Positions 24,732 through 37,916 of a stretch of DNA of 64,000 bases are shown piece by piece (the first letter of the stretch is position 1; each line of letters begins with the position of its first letter). Both the position numbers and the translations under genes were made by a program. The notes under the pieces were generated by a model. The model saw only the letters and a program-made list of their open reading frames with translations. It did not search any database and was not told the DNA's origin. The stretch comes from Chrysemys picta bellii (lineage: Eukaryota), in the NCBI RefSeq assembly GCF_011386835.1, contig NC_088793.1:129890001-129954000 (forward strand), in the 5' to 3' direction.

Positions 24732-27700
24732 ATTTAGTCCTTGGGGAACAGTGCAGAATTGGTGCGCTTTAGCTGATCTAATTTTAAAGTGTTCCTGTCT
24801 GTCAGGTTTCCTCCACGTTGCTTGGGAAACTGGTCTGTATGCTAACAGAGCTCCCTTTGGAAGCTTTTCCTGATAAGAAAATAAAGATAGACTTTTCTTA
24901 ATTTCAGCTGTTATATGCCCTTGGATCACATTAAATCCTACTAGTTCTTGGTCTACACCTCTCTAAGCAGTAGTTCATTCTGGAAGGCGAGAGGTCAGAC
25001 AGAGTTGACCATCTAATGTTTTTATTACTTTGCAAATGATACCATTTTACTTTGATATTTTAATTTTTTTTTTTTGGCAAAGACTGTACCTATTGCAGTC
25101 ACTGGGAAGCCCCAACAGTGCTTCCCAAGACAGATATCAGAGGTATCAAATCCACCAGTGCACTTTTTGAGGCAATATTTTCCATAAATGTGACTGCTGC
25201 CAGATGGGACCTTGTCATAGTCTGTTGTACCCCCATTCAGTCCTCAGCAGCTCTACTGAAACTATCATAAGATCAAAAAGGTAATATATCAATAGCACTC
25301 TTATGGAGTAATAACTGCTTGTATTAGATGTCAAGGTGGTTCATACAATGTGTAGTGTCAAAATGTCACAATGTAAACATCACTCTGCAGAAGTACTCAT
25401 TTAGTGTTACTGCGAACATGGCCCTTTGTTAAGAAGTATGGGATTGGGATGTACAGCCTGATTGTAGAGGTAAGAAATCTAACTCCTGGAGCTTGCTGGT
25501 CTAAAGGGGGACATGGTAACTGGTGAAGGGAACAAGGAATGGGAGAGATCAGTATTGGGGTTCCAAGCTTCCTTGATTAGCAGGTGGTGGAAGGATGCCT
25601 AGTGACATTCAAACCCGCGCTATGTCCCGGCCATGGCAGGTGCTCTAGGAGCCACACTCAGTCCTACAAGGACAGCAGGACAGATGAGCCCAGTGAGAGG
25701 CCGGGGGCAGATGAAGAACAGAGTATTCCAAGACCACGTAACTATCTAACTCTTGAGTGAGGAAAGGGGACTCAGAGGTTCAACATTTCTGCTGCATCTA
25801 TCTCCACATGTGAGAGTGTTCAGACTCCTCCTGGACAAACAGTTTTACACAGAGCATTTTGTCCTGTGTTCACTGGTCTCAAAGGGCAAAGAACAAAAAG
25901 CCTCAAGACAGTCAAGTTGGAGGTCAGTCACACTAGGGTCATCTATCCCAAATCCCAACCCACTTGCTGTCCAAGTAACTTTGTGGTATTGTCCTCCAAT
26001 TAATCGGTGTCCAAGTATGTGCAAAAAGTGACTAATGAAGAGCTCACACCTCACCACAACACTGAGGGAAGTTACTTGTTTGATGGTAAACAAGTTGCAG
26101 GTGACTGATTATTCAATTGGAATTAATTTTACAACTTGGTTTAGTTATTCTTGGGTCATACTCTCCAATTTACCAGCTAACTTTGAATCTGGTAGGGGGA
26201 ATACAGAGGTAAAAATATATTAGTAGAGTGAGAAGAGATGTTGGCTATTAAAGGGGAAAAAAAGGCACACTAAAAAGTGTTAGGCCCAACTCATCGCCTG
26301 TTGTAGGGCTACTGATGTCAATGATGGAGTTACATCTGGCATGAATCTGGCTCCCTGTATGGGGAAATCATCAATAGAATCCAGAAATAGTGATGCGAAA
26401 AGTAATATGAGCAGCACATTGCTGCATTTGGAAGAGATCAGATGACAGGATTAGAGGCTGGGAGTGCAGAGATCCCAGCTGTTCAGCTCCACTACCTGCC
26501 CTTCTGTTTTATGTTGTGGCCTTTTCCCAACCCCCTTATCACCCCCATATTTAAATAGAAAAGCCAGGGTTTCATATCTTTGACACAGCCAGGCATCCAG
26601 CTGCTCTAGCTACAGTGAAGCCATCGGGTGGCACTAGATGCCTCTGTTTGGACTAGAAAGGCAGATTGGCCATAGGTCTCAGAGTTACAACACCACTGAG
26701 TGTCTTAAGATAGTTTGAAGAGGAGAGTTAAGAGTAACAACATTGTAGTAATGGGAACAATAGAGATTCTTCAAGGGAGTCCTACAAGCTATAATTCCTT
26801 ATTGGTATGTTTTTTTAACCTGTGCAACTTACATTCCATCAAATGAAATGACTGTACAGAACACAAGGATAGTCCATAGTTCTGTAAGTGCAATTGATAC
26901 ACCACTGTTGTCAGTCTGTGCTCACAAACGATTGCATTTTAGTTGCAAACTTCCATTTTCTTCCCAAAACTAGAGTTCTATTGAAACTGTAAAGACCGTT
27001 GATTAAACGTACAGCGTGGTTTGTTCTCTCTTTGGTTTGAAACTTCTCAGAGCAATTTTATAATAGACATCTTTCAGAAAATGTGTGTGTGGCCCCTATG
27101 CATGGTAAGGCCCACAGCTGCATCGCTCAGTGTGGCGGGAAACTATTTTTGTGACAATGGTTTTTGTTCTACACAAAGGCACGCTTGCAATAAGTTTTTA
27201 CAAATTTTGTACACCATGAGCTAAATTCTGAGTTCCAAAATGTGAAGTGTGGCAACAACAACAACAAAATGGATTTATAGTATCACTGAAATCTTGTCAT
27301 GTGATTTTATTTCTTCAACAAAGTTTGAAATACAGTCAAAATATTACTGGCTGCCTCTTTGTGCCTCATTCTTTAATGGTGTTGGGGGAGGGAGGGAGAG
27401 AACAGTTGGTAGCATTTCCTGTCTCTTATTTGAAAGTGAATCAACAGAATCCCACCAACCGTACTCCATGCTCTCACTTTAAAATGATTATGACCCAAAG
27501 CCTGACATCCTTATTCAGTCTTTGCTCAGGCAAAACTCACTGAACTCCAGCGGATCTTTACCTGAGAAACAGCTGAGTAACAGAGGGCCTAATCATTCCC
27601 TAGAGGCCTACACACAGATCACCCCTCTCCTCCATAGGAAGGGGACTTGGCTGTCTCGACAGCCTCATTTTCCAGCTCTCCCAAGGACTTTCTCTGACGT

Positions 27701-28329
27701 CGAAGGACCTGAGAAGGAAACAAGTGAACAGAGGGACTCACATTGTCTCCTCACTGCCCCCACAGATTTTTTTCATTGAAAAATACTAGCCCATTGGTAT
27801 TATCATTGATCACCAGCTACTGGGACTTCCCTTTAAGAGGAGCACCAAGGGCAACCACTGACTGCATGAGCCCTGTGTCAGCATGGCTTTGGGTACCAGA
27901 AAGCTGGGAGTAAGGAAGCACCAGGGGCACAGAGCTTCCAAACAGACAGCCCAAGTATCCCATTGCCTGGGAGCCACAGGATGTGCAGGCCAGCTCCACA
28001 CCCCGTCCCACAAAGAGTGGAAACCCTGCTTCTCCCCTAGTGCAGGAGACAACTCAGGAAGAAAAATCCATGGAGATTAGGCTGTGGACAAGGGCCAAAT
28101 CCTGAGCTCCTACATCTATATGGAATTCTAATCCACGAAGGACGATTTTCTTTTGTCCCCATACTCCTGATTGCCTTACTACAGTACAGGTTTGTCCCAT
28201 ACAAAGTACAGCAACAGGCTGCGATTCATCCCTCAAAGCTTATGTAATGTCACCAGCTCCCCACCTCTTTCTTGTTGGGCTGATGTGAAGGTTCATGCCT
28301 CTCTGTGAGGTCACTAGCGGAGCAGTAAA

Positions 28330-28906
28330 GCTGGTCAGAATTCTGCACACACACACACGCCCCTTGGGAAAATTCAACAAAAAATTGGAAAAGTTTAATT
28401 TTCATCAAAGTTTTCCACAGAAATTTGACTTCTTGGGACATTGTTTGGGGAGGGGGGGAAGGGAGGGGAAGACTGGTGAACAGCAAGAACTTCTAGCTGA
28501 GAACTGAAAATTTAAATTAGGAAATGCCATCATGGTGCCTCATGCCCCCATTCTCCTCTACAGGACAGGCTCTCTGGCTAGACTATTTTTCACATGATGC
28601 ATTAAAGTTTCTCCTGTTGCTGAGCCACCATGGTGAATTATGGGAGCTCCTGGCAAAGACACTTCATGAGGGATGTAGTCCAGCAGGAGAACATGCTCCA
28701 TAGAGAAGAATGATGCCATGAGACACCTAAAACTACAGATCATATGAGGCACCATTTCTGCATCAAAAAAGTGTTTGGTTTTTAGGTATTTTAATAGCAA
28801 AAACAAAGTCCACATTTTCTACAGAAGCTAGACACTTTTCATGAAAATGTGTATTTAATCAGAAGCCCAATTTCCTTCAAAAAACCAGTTTTTTCAACCA
28901 GCCCTA
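28330..28906. mobile_element. Degraded non-autonomous hAT-like element
   Basis: Right end caaccagcccta (TAGGGCTGGTTG on -), with internal inverted segments. The left TIR is not recognisable. Confidence 0.45.
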
Positions 28907-29989
28907 CACCACACCTTTAACATGCTGAGGGAAAACCAAAGTCACAGGCCATTGTGAGGTTACCGGCTCAGCACCCCTAAATTGTTGGGCTATGAAGGTG
29001 TCAGAGGCCTATGCTTTGATATCAGCCAAACACCTCCTGGTCACAGGATTCAGGTCAACGTACAGGTCATTAGATTAACACTTCTAACTACCTGTTATGA
29101 TGGCAAGGGACACGTCTCTGAGGTCTAAAGGAGACAGTGTGGGTCTGTTCACTCAACCACCTACCAGAAATGGATCCTTGTTCCTTCTTTAACACCTATT
29201 GCCTTCTGGCTGCACCGCACACAGTGGCTTTTACAATGGATAGCTGAGACAGAACTCACCTTTTGGAGTAGAAAATTGTAGGGCCATTTAATATGCTAGA
29301 GGGGGAATAGCCATTAGCTGCAGTGGTAGCATAGCCATTTTCTTCTGGGCCAGTCAATCTTGGTTGCTATTATCTACTTGAACAGCTCTAGGAACAGGAA
29401 TCATTTCTCCAGAATTCCCTTGCTTACATTTTGCCATCATGATCGGAGAACTCTCCAAGTAGCCATAATGCTTCCCTGCCCTCTGTACCTTTTGCCAGTG
29501 ACATCAGCCAAAGACACATGTAATATTCTGCATCATCACAGATGGAAGAAGCAATGCAAATAATTTTTAAAATGCTAATTGAATAAAGTGAGGAATTTAA
29601 TTTGGGAAATTATGGAGTCCAGAATCTGATTAATACTGAAACACAGACGCATGCACAACCTCAGCACTGTCATTTAAACAATGCCATCCACTTATATCAG
29701 ACCAGGGGTCTGCGCTAACTCAATCTCCCATGAAATTTACCTTGAGAGAATTTTCAATTAATTTCCACAATTTAACATTTTGATTAAACTAAATTTAAGA
29801 TTCCCATTTGCATTGCTTTCCAACTTGATCCTCTTCTACTTTCCCATCTAGAGAGAGGGTTGGGAGTGGGGGGAGATGTCAAGGCACAGATATTGCAGAG
29901 AAAATATCCCTAAATATTAAAAGACTCAGGCACTTCTAAGTCACCTTTTATCCTAGGTTCTCACAGCACATGACATACATTAATGACTT

Positions 29990-30200
29990 AAGCCTCATAA
30001 AACCCTTGTTAGGCAGGAAATCTTATCTTCATTTGTACAGATTAGAAATGTGAAAGCACGGCCCAAATCCTCAAAAGGTATTTAGGTTCCTAATTTCCAC
30101 TGATTTAGTTAGGAGCCAAAACACCTTTGAGGAACTGGGCCTAAATTATTTGCCCAAGATTTCACAGTTGAGTTGTTGGAGAAGCCAGAAGGAGTATCAA
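29990..30200 (-). mobile_element. MIR remnant interrupted by a short palindromic MITE (about 30060-30142)
   Basis: CORE-like flanks surround ggcccaaatcctcaaaaggtatttagg...acctttgaggaactgggcc. A related MITE half is at about 18085-18157. Confidence 0.55.
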
Positions 30201-32116
30201 GATTTCCTGGCTGCTAGTCCTGGCTTCCATTCCATGTTGTTCATCAGGGCCGTACCTTGGGAATATGGATTGATATATAAGTAATAACAAATTACAAGAG
30301 CTATGTGTTGTTTAAAATCATATGGCTGGGATGAAAGGCAGAAGACATGGACGACTGAGTATGATGAACTAGGCTGACCACTTTTGGAGATGGGGATTTA
30401 GTTGTGAATTGAAGTTACACATGAAGCAAGATTTGAGGCCATGATTTTCAAAAGGTGAATCATGATGGCAAGTGCCTCAGTTTTGAGGGGATATTTTAAA
30501 GACATTTTACTTTCAGAGTGCAGGTGCTCAACACTTTTTAAGAATCAGGCCTCAAGGCTCCTAGCAGCCATGGTTAGTATCATGAAAATCATGACATGAT
30601 AATCTCTGCTTAGGAGAGGCCTGTATTCCAACCCCAAAGGGCACTGCAGATCCACAACAGAAGCACTGGCAGAATTTGGGGGTGGCTGGCAACTTCAGAC
30701 TGTTGACTCCCATACTGAGAGTGGATTCTGGGTCATCTGGGTGAAGCACAGGAACCCTGGTCAGCAGACCAGAAGGCACTTTGCCAGGAACACTTTCACC
30801 TGTCTCCATTCCACCCAGGAGCTTTCTTCTGTTTCCAACCTGTTGCCTGGGCTTCTCAGAGACATTACAGGTGGGAGCGGAGACATTCTCCCCAGAGAAT
30901 GGAGTGAAGAGTGAGCATTCACTTTCCTGTTCGGCTGCTTTGCATCATTGCTGCAGCTCTTAAGTGTTGGTAGAAACGAAAAGGAGATGGTGAGACGGCA
31001 TCAGCAGCCCGTTAGCTCTAAGACCAGGCCTCTGGGATGTCTCTGACTCTGGATATATAAAACTCACTGGATGCCCAGGCCTGTGTGGACGCTTTGCTAC
31101 AAGGTACCTGCCTCTTTATAGGGCTGATGTCTAAGCATGGGCCACCATGAGCCAACTGCCACACCCACCTTTGCCCTGACGAGACAAGAAGCATGAAATC
31201 CTTGGTGAGCAGCAATGTTTCTGCCCCCATTTCAACCAGGCAACATCTTGCTTGTTTGCATAGCAAACATGGTAAGTGACCTGCTGCACACAGCCAAGCT
31301 ACGGGGCTTGCTGAGGAGCTCCAAGGGTCCATAGCTTTATGAGGTCATTAGTGGAAAATGAAACAAGTCACTATTGTAAACCCCTGGTAGAACACATTGC
31401 TCAATGCCGGGCATGCACACAGTGAGGGAAACATAAGAAAACAATAACATGTATCCAGACATACTAAATGCGCATCCAGCTAGTCACCACGCTAGCTGTG
31501 AGCATTAAGCTTCGCTTTTCCTTAAAAAACTACAGAAATAAAATAAAGTGATAATCTGAATGATCTGGGCAGAAGTCAATCTAGAGCCTTCCAACTGATA
31601 GGTGCATATCCAGAATGGCCCTACATAACGTGTTCCCCCCACACTCAATCTCTGGTCCAATTTTCCACCACGCCATCTCCTCCATTTGTTCTTTGCAGTC
31701 TTTTGCCTTACTGTTCCCTTCACCCTTACTCTTTGCTTTCAACCTTCTCATGCTGCCTGCTCAGTCTAGGGCAGCATCCTGAACTTTTCTCCTCCAAACA
31801 CACACACCCCTCTCCAAATCCTTCCTTACCATTCCATTCTTCCAGCAATCCTCCCTACCTTACCATTCATAACCCCACCATCCAATTTACCTCACCACTT
31901 GTCCAGAAGTGGTTTTACGTGTGTCTGGGCCAGCTAGGAAGGTTGGTTTCCCTGTCCCAGAGTGCTATTGCTCCCACTGGTTACAGAAAATTGCTAGAGA
32001 GCCCTGTTTTCCCCTGCTCCTGGCCCCTCTAGTATTCAGGACTCAACTGTGGCCTCCCACAAGTGCGTATACTGACATAGGAGGTCAGTGATGGGGCTAG
32101 CATGTGAACAAAGGGA

Positions 32117-32265
32117 CTGTGTGCAGGGAGGTGGGTAGTTCAGGGTGCAGGCAGGGGGTAGCTAGGGGATGTGTGCAGGGAGGGAGGTAGTTCAGGCTGC
32201 AGGGAGAGGGGTAGCTAGGGGCTGTGTGCAGGGAGGGGGGTAGCTAGGGGCTGCGTGCAGGGACC
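32117..32265. repeat. G-rich minisatellite inside a hAT-like element whose right end is at 32782
   Basis: Repeated units of gtgtgcaggga...gggtagctagggg. The element ends gttgagaaccactg followed by gcctagaa. Confidence 0.6.
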
Positions 32266-32829
32266 CCTGTGCAGTCACTGTTCCCTGAGGGCTCTGCCAG
32301 TCTAGGCGGCTCTTACCGGCTGCGTGAACAGTCAGAGGGGGCTGGGAGTTGAGGAACAGCTGCAATACTGAGCACCAGCAGCAGCAGGAGATGGGGGAAC
32401 ACTGTGCCTGCCCTCTCCGTGGCACCAGCCAGAGCAGCAGCTGCCCCACAGTGCCCAGCTTCTGCTTCCTGCCTTCAACCTTGCAGGGGGCGGGGCTGCA
32501 GGGGCAGGGAGAGAAGGAGGTGGGGGTGTAGAGCTGGCCCCAGGACTGCCTGGCTCTGGGAAAAGCACTGCATTTTAGGGGGAGATAATGCCCCCCAGGA
32601 CTACCCAATTCCACCCCTTGTCTCAGGGCTTCTGCCCCGCAGAGAGCACCAGGGCTTGGGGCTCTGGGATTCTGCTCTGCGGCCCCCGGCTTCTGCCCCG
32701 AGGAGAGCACCGGTGCTTCGCAGCGCCCCCGAAAGGCTCATGGCCTCCCAAAGGGCTGCAGACCCTCTGTTGAGAACCACTGGCCTAGAAAACACGATCC
32801 ATGAGAAAAACTGGGGAAAAAATTGTGTT

Positions 32830-33190
32830 TGTTTAGTCTGGAGAGGAGAAGACATGATAACAGTTGTCATGTAGGTAAAAGCTGGTTATAAAAAGAAGGG
32901 TGATAATTGCTCTCCTTTATCACTGAGAATGGGACAAATAGTAATGAGCTTAAACTGCAGCGAGAGAGATTTAGGCTAGACATGAGGAAAAGCTTCCTCT
33001 CTGCGAGGATAGTTAAGCACTGGAATAAATTGCCTAGGGAGGTCATGAAATCTCCATCACTGGAGGGTTTTTAAGAACAGGTTAGACAAACACTTGTCAA
33101 GGACAGCCCAGATAATACTTAAGTCGCCTAGTCCTGTCCCCTGCAGTGCGGCAGGACTATCAAGGTCCCTACTTTTCTAGGATTCCATGC
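32830..33190 (+). mobile_element. CR1 LINE 3' fragment
   Basis: Contains gagatttaggctagacatgaggaaaagcttcc...cactggaataaattgcctagggaggtc...aggttagacaaacacttgtc and ends ttctaggattccatg. Confidence 0.8.
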
Positions 33191-33642
33191 TTATACAGAT
33201 TGGTCCCTTGCCAGCCCATTGAAAGAGATATGCCAAATGGCTAGTTTCCATTTTTTCCTACAAGCAGCTGTTTTTCCATCTTCATTTTACAGAATGAAAA
33301 AATGTACCGTGTGAAGATTTGCATGTCAAGCAGCTAGTATGCTGCTATCTTTCAGATTATGCATACTATCATATTTGTTGGTTGTTCAGGGATAGAGAAA
33401 TTCAAAAATCAAAATGGTTTGGAAAAATACGGTAGTCAATGTCTGTTTGTGAGCAGAACAACCAACATGTGCAGTCACATATGGAAGCTCTACAATTTGT
33501 GAAGGCTCATAGTGTCAGCAAGCACCACTAAAAATAAAATTGATTGATGCCATCAAAACTTCAGCTAGATTAGGTCTCCCCCTTCCATGGCCACCATGAA
33601 GTGCTGGAGAGCAACAATTGTGGTATATGCTTGAGTATCATT

Positions 33643-33762
33643 TAGGGTGACCAGATGTCCCGATTTTATAGGGACAGTCCTGATTTTGGGGTCTTTCTTA
33701 TATAGCCTCCTATTACCCTACCCCCTGTCCCGATTTTTCACACTTGCTGTCTGGTCACCCTA
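33643..33762. mobile_element. hAT MITE (120 bp)
   Basis: TIRs tagggtgaccaga / tctggtcacccta. Perfect TSD gtatcatt. Confidence 0.93.
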
Positions 33763-34688
33763 GTATCATTGAGCTACTTGCCAGACATGAGACAATTTTG
33801 GCAAACAAATCAGTGACACCAAGGGAATGAAATACTTGAGCAAGACAATTAATGATGAATTTAAGTCTTTTAGCATCAGAAAGCAGGAGGCACTTACTTA
33901 ATAGCTGCAAAGAAGCTAATTTTTTACTGTCATTGCAGACATCAGTACAGATTCGGAGTGCTCTGGGGCTCCAACACCCACAAAAAAAGGGTGCTCAGCA
34001 CCCGTAAGGCCAGATTAGTCTTTTGTGGGCCCTGGCACCCCGACCATGGCCCCACCCTTCTCTCTGCCCCAAAGCCCCATCCTCACTCAGCCTCTTCCTG
34101 ACCCCACTGTTCTTCCCTGAGGCCCTGCCCCCACTCAGCCTCTTCCCCCAAGGTACCGCCCCTGCTCCGCCCACAACTTGCATGGTGGGGGGGAGGCGGC
34201 AGAGAGGAGCATCCACTGGCAAAAACAAAAAAAAATCAGCACCTGTGATTACAGATGCAGTCTGCAAGCAAAAATGAGAAAATATCTTTCAGGCAAGGGA
34301 TGCAACATGTGGGTACCATACATCCATTGCCCAGCACATCAAATTAATGTAGTTTTGCTTCATGCTGCTGAAGATAACCTTCAGATCCAGACTGGCCTTT
34401 TCTTCACAACTTTTCAGGAAATATTTATATATTTTGCAGACTAATCATTGATAGGAAAAACTAATAATTAAATCTAACAATTATCCTTATCTTCAAACTG
34501 TACAGTCTCGCAAAGGGAAGAGGAACTTGATGATGTACTTCATGCCCATGAAGTTGACAGGATTGATGTAGTTGATGAAAGGAGACCTTTATATCTAAAG
34601 GCACTCTGTAAGATTAGCTGGGCAGTTCGAACGAAAGCCAGTGAGGCAAGGATACTAAATATTCACAGTATAATAGGAATGCCTAGAA

Positions 34689-35473
34689 CAGTGTTTCTCA
34701 AATGCGGCCACAGGGGCTTTTCTTGCAGTCACAGCCTCCTGGGCTGTAATTGGGGGTGGAGGGGTGTTGGCAAAGGCAGTGACTCCTCCCCTGGGGCTGC
34801 CTGCAGGGGTTGATTCCTACCCCCCTTCCGGAGCCACAAACACCGTAGGAACAGGCAACCAGTGTGAGTTCCCTACCTTCCCAGGGGAGGTGGGGCTCCA
34901 GCTTCAGGCTTCCGCCCTGGGGTGGTGGGCAGCAGGTTCTGGCCATGCAGCAGTGGGCTCTGTCCTCCAGCTGCAGGGTTTTGGGCGCTATCCCTGGACT
35001 CACCCCCTACCATCACTTCGACCCCTGCTGCCTCCTCCAGATCCCCATTGCCCCTGCCCCCTTCCCCACCTCCTCATCCAGGGATTAATTTGTCCCCCAG
35101 CTTGCTGAGGAGGAGTAAGTCTGCTGTGAAAAGTGATATTAACAAATATACAAATATCACTTTTCACAGTAGCAGACTTACTAGCTAGCAAGTCTTTAAA
35201 AAAAAATCAAAACATGCAAAGCACCTTATTTTTGTTTCTATTCTGTTTAGGTCCAGTAAAGAATAGAGACAACTGTACATTATTGTTATTGAGTCCGCAA
35301 AAAAAAACCCTACATAAATAAATTACAATGATATGGACACACATATATGTGCATATTTACTTGTTTTTCCTAAAGTTAATTAAGTATTTTAGGAAAAATT
35401 CGCAGAGCGGCCACCAGCAAGAGTCGGTAGCCGCCCTCTGAGGCCACCAAAAATTATGTTGGGAGAACTCCTG
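34689..35473. mobile_element. hAT (Buster/Charlie-like) non-autonomous element
   Basis: Ends cagtgtttctcaaa / ttgggagaactcctg. Perfect TSD gcctagaa at 34681-34688 and 35474-35481. Confidence 0.88.
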
Positions 35474-36355
35474 GCCTAGAAGATGAAACTGTTGCTGAAT
35501 GCAGGAGTAGCGAGGACATACATTGAGCAAAAATCAACCTGTCTTTGATGGCTTGGATGTTCTACCTCAGTCTGTTGGACCCCATGCGGCATGTTTGCTA
35601 ACCACGCTCTGACCCTTACATCTGCCCCTGTAACCATCTACGGTCTGCAGCAAAACTGAGCAATCATTAGTATTAAACGCTGCAAATCAAGTCTAACAAT
35701 CAAATCAGTAAAGTAAAATATAACCAGTTAGTTTAATCAGAAGATCATTCATAGCTTTAACCAGGAGTTGGCTCAATGCAATGCAGCACTGGAGAAGCGA
35801 TTACAATGCTTCTGAAATATATATTTCAGTTGGCTGTCATACAAGTTGCTGAATATCTATATTCCCAATGTTGGCTGAGGTTGATAAAGTAAACAGCAGC
35901 CAGACGGCTTTAATAAGTCATCAATATTTATGAGGATTCTCTTTTAATTGGGATGACTGCAACCAATTTCAAGCTTTTGTGCACTAGACCAATTTTAAAA
36001 GTAGCATTTACGCTGCACAGTGTGCTTCTGCCTTCGCTGATCTGATGGGTGACAGACAAGCAGAGGCACTCTGTCCAAAGACTTGAATGGTCCGATGGGA
36101 TCTAATTATTAGAGCGGAGAAGCTGCCACTCCTATTGTTAGACCCCGGCCAGTGCTAAATGTTTCTGTTGTTGCTTCCTGAAATGACACCCCCCCCCCCC
36201 AAGATCAGCAGCTGGGCTCTCTCAGTACAAAGGCCTTGGCTGCAGAATTGGCTCCTCTGGCAGCTCCTGAGAGTGAGGCTGGGGAACATGAGTGCACAAT
36301 GCAAAGGATGTTTAGGCTGACAGACTTGAGCCTTTGAATTTAGGGCTCAGTTGTG

Positions 36356-36639
36356 CAGGGACAGCTCTATGATTTTTGCCACCCCAAGCATGGCAGTCAG
36401 GCGGCCTTCGGCCTGTGGGCGGTCCACTGTTAACGCAGATTCGGCGGGGTTTCTGCGGGTGATCTGCAGGTCCTGTGCCTTCGGCGTACCCGCCGCCGAA
36501 GCCACGGGACTGGCGGACCTCCCGCAGGCATGCCACCGAAGGCTGCCTGACTGCCGCCCTCACAGCGATTGACACGCCGCCCCCACGGCTTGCCGCCCCA
36601 GGCACTCGCTTGCTGCGCTGGTGCCTGGAGCCGCCCCTG
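36356..36639. mobile_element. CpG-rich hAT MITE
   Basis: TIRs cagggacagctcta / tggagccgcccctg. Perfect TSD cagttgtg. Confidence 0.9.
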
Positions 36640-36727
36640 CAGTTGTGGCACTTAGAGCCAGATTTGCTCTGGGGGAAGGGGAAGGAAGTGCACCTGAGCA
36701 ATACTACCTGGAACCAGTATGTCTACT

Positions 36728-37082
36728 CATAGGCGCTGACTTCTGCTCCCGCTGGTGAGTGCTCAACCCCACTCTGTCCCCAGCCCCACCCCAACTCCGC
36801 CCCCTTCCTGCCCCTATTCCGACTCCTTCCCCAAATCCCCACCTCAGCCCCACCTCCTCCCCCTACCTCCCGGAGCGGCCAAACAGCTGTCTGGCAGTGG
36901 CTGGCGGGAAGCGCTGGGAGGTATGCAGAAGAGCGGGGACGTGGCACGCTCAGGGGAGGAGGCGGAGAAGGAGATGGGGGTGGGGGGAGAAGGGAACTTG
37001 GCTGCTGGTGGGTGCAGAGCACCCACTAATTTTTCCCCATGAGTGCTCCAGCCCCAGAACACCCACGGAGTCAGCGCCTATG
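36728..37082. mobile_element. hAT MITE
   Basis: Perfect 14-bp TIRs cataggcgctgact / agtcagcgcctatg. Perfect TSD tgtctact. Confidence 0.93.
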
Positions 37083-37253
37083 TGTCTACTGACTCCAAGG
37101 TCACAAATCCCCATTGAAGGGAGCTTGTCCACTCAGCAGCCATTACCTTATCTTTTGAAAAGGGGTAGCTTACCCTCCCTCCAGCACAGCTGTCTAGCTC
37201 CAATCTGTGAACATGAGGGAGAGGCCCAAGGCTGTACTCCATCCAAGCAAGGG

Positions 37254-37916
37254 TAGGGTTACCATTCGTCCGGATTTACCCGGACATGTCCTCCTTTTTG
37301 TGCTAAAAATAGCGTCCGGGGGGAATTTGTAAATCACTCAAAATGTCCGGGGCTTCCCCCCTCCCCGGCAGGGCAGAGCGAGCGACTGGGAGGGCTGCAG
37401 GAAAGTCACGGGCTGGACTCTGGAGCAGCTGTAGAGGAGCTCCTCCCCCCACCCCTGCGTTCTGAGCCGGCAGCTCCTCCCCGGCAGCCCGGCTCCAGCA
37501 GCAATGTGCAGGGCCAGGGACCGGGTTGTGTGTTGTGCTGGGGAGCGCAGCCACGTGTCTGGCTCGCACAGAGCCCAACACCCTGTTCTGAGCAGCAGGG
37601 TAAGGGGGCCAGGGAGCAGGAGAAGGGGCAGGGAGGTTCTGGAGGGGGCAGTCAAGAAACAGGGGAGGGGGGGTCGGGAGTTCAGGGGGGGGCTTTTTGG
37701 GGGGAGTGGAGAAAGTTTTGGGCAGTCAGGGTACAGGTAGGGGGTAGGGTCCTGGGGGGCAGTTGGGGGGGGGTCTTAGGAGGGGGCAGTTAGGGGACAA
37801 GGAACGGGGGGAGGGTTGGGGGCTCTGGGGGGGGCGGGAAGTGGGAGGGGCAGGGGCGGGGCTAGGGCAGGGCTCCTCCCGTCCTCTTTTTTGCTTGCTG
37901 AAATATGGTAACCCTA
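37254..37916. mobile_element. hAT MITE with a G-rich interior
   Basis: TIRs tagggttaccat / atggtaacccta. Perfect TSD agcaaggg. Confidence 0.93.

Noticed and set aside
32192-32874. ORFs of 172 and 156 aa
   Set aside because: They come from a minisatellite and a GC-rich hAT interior.
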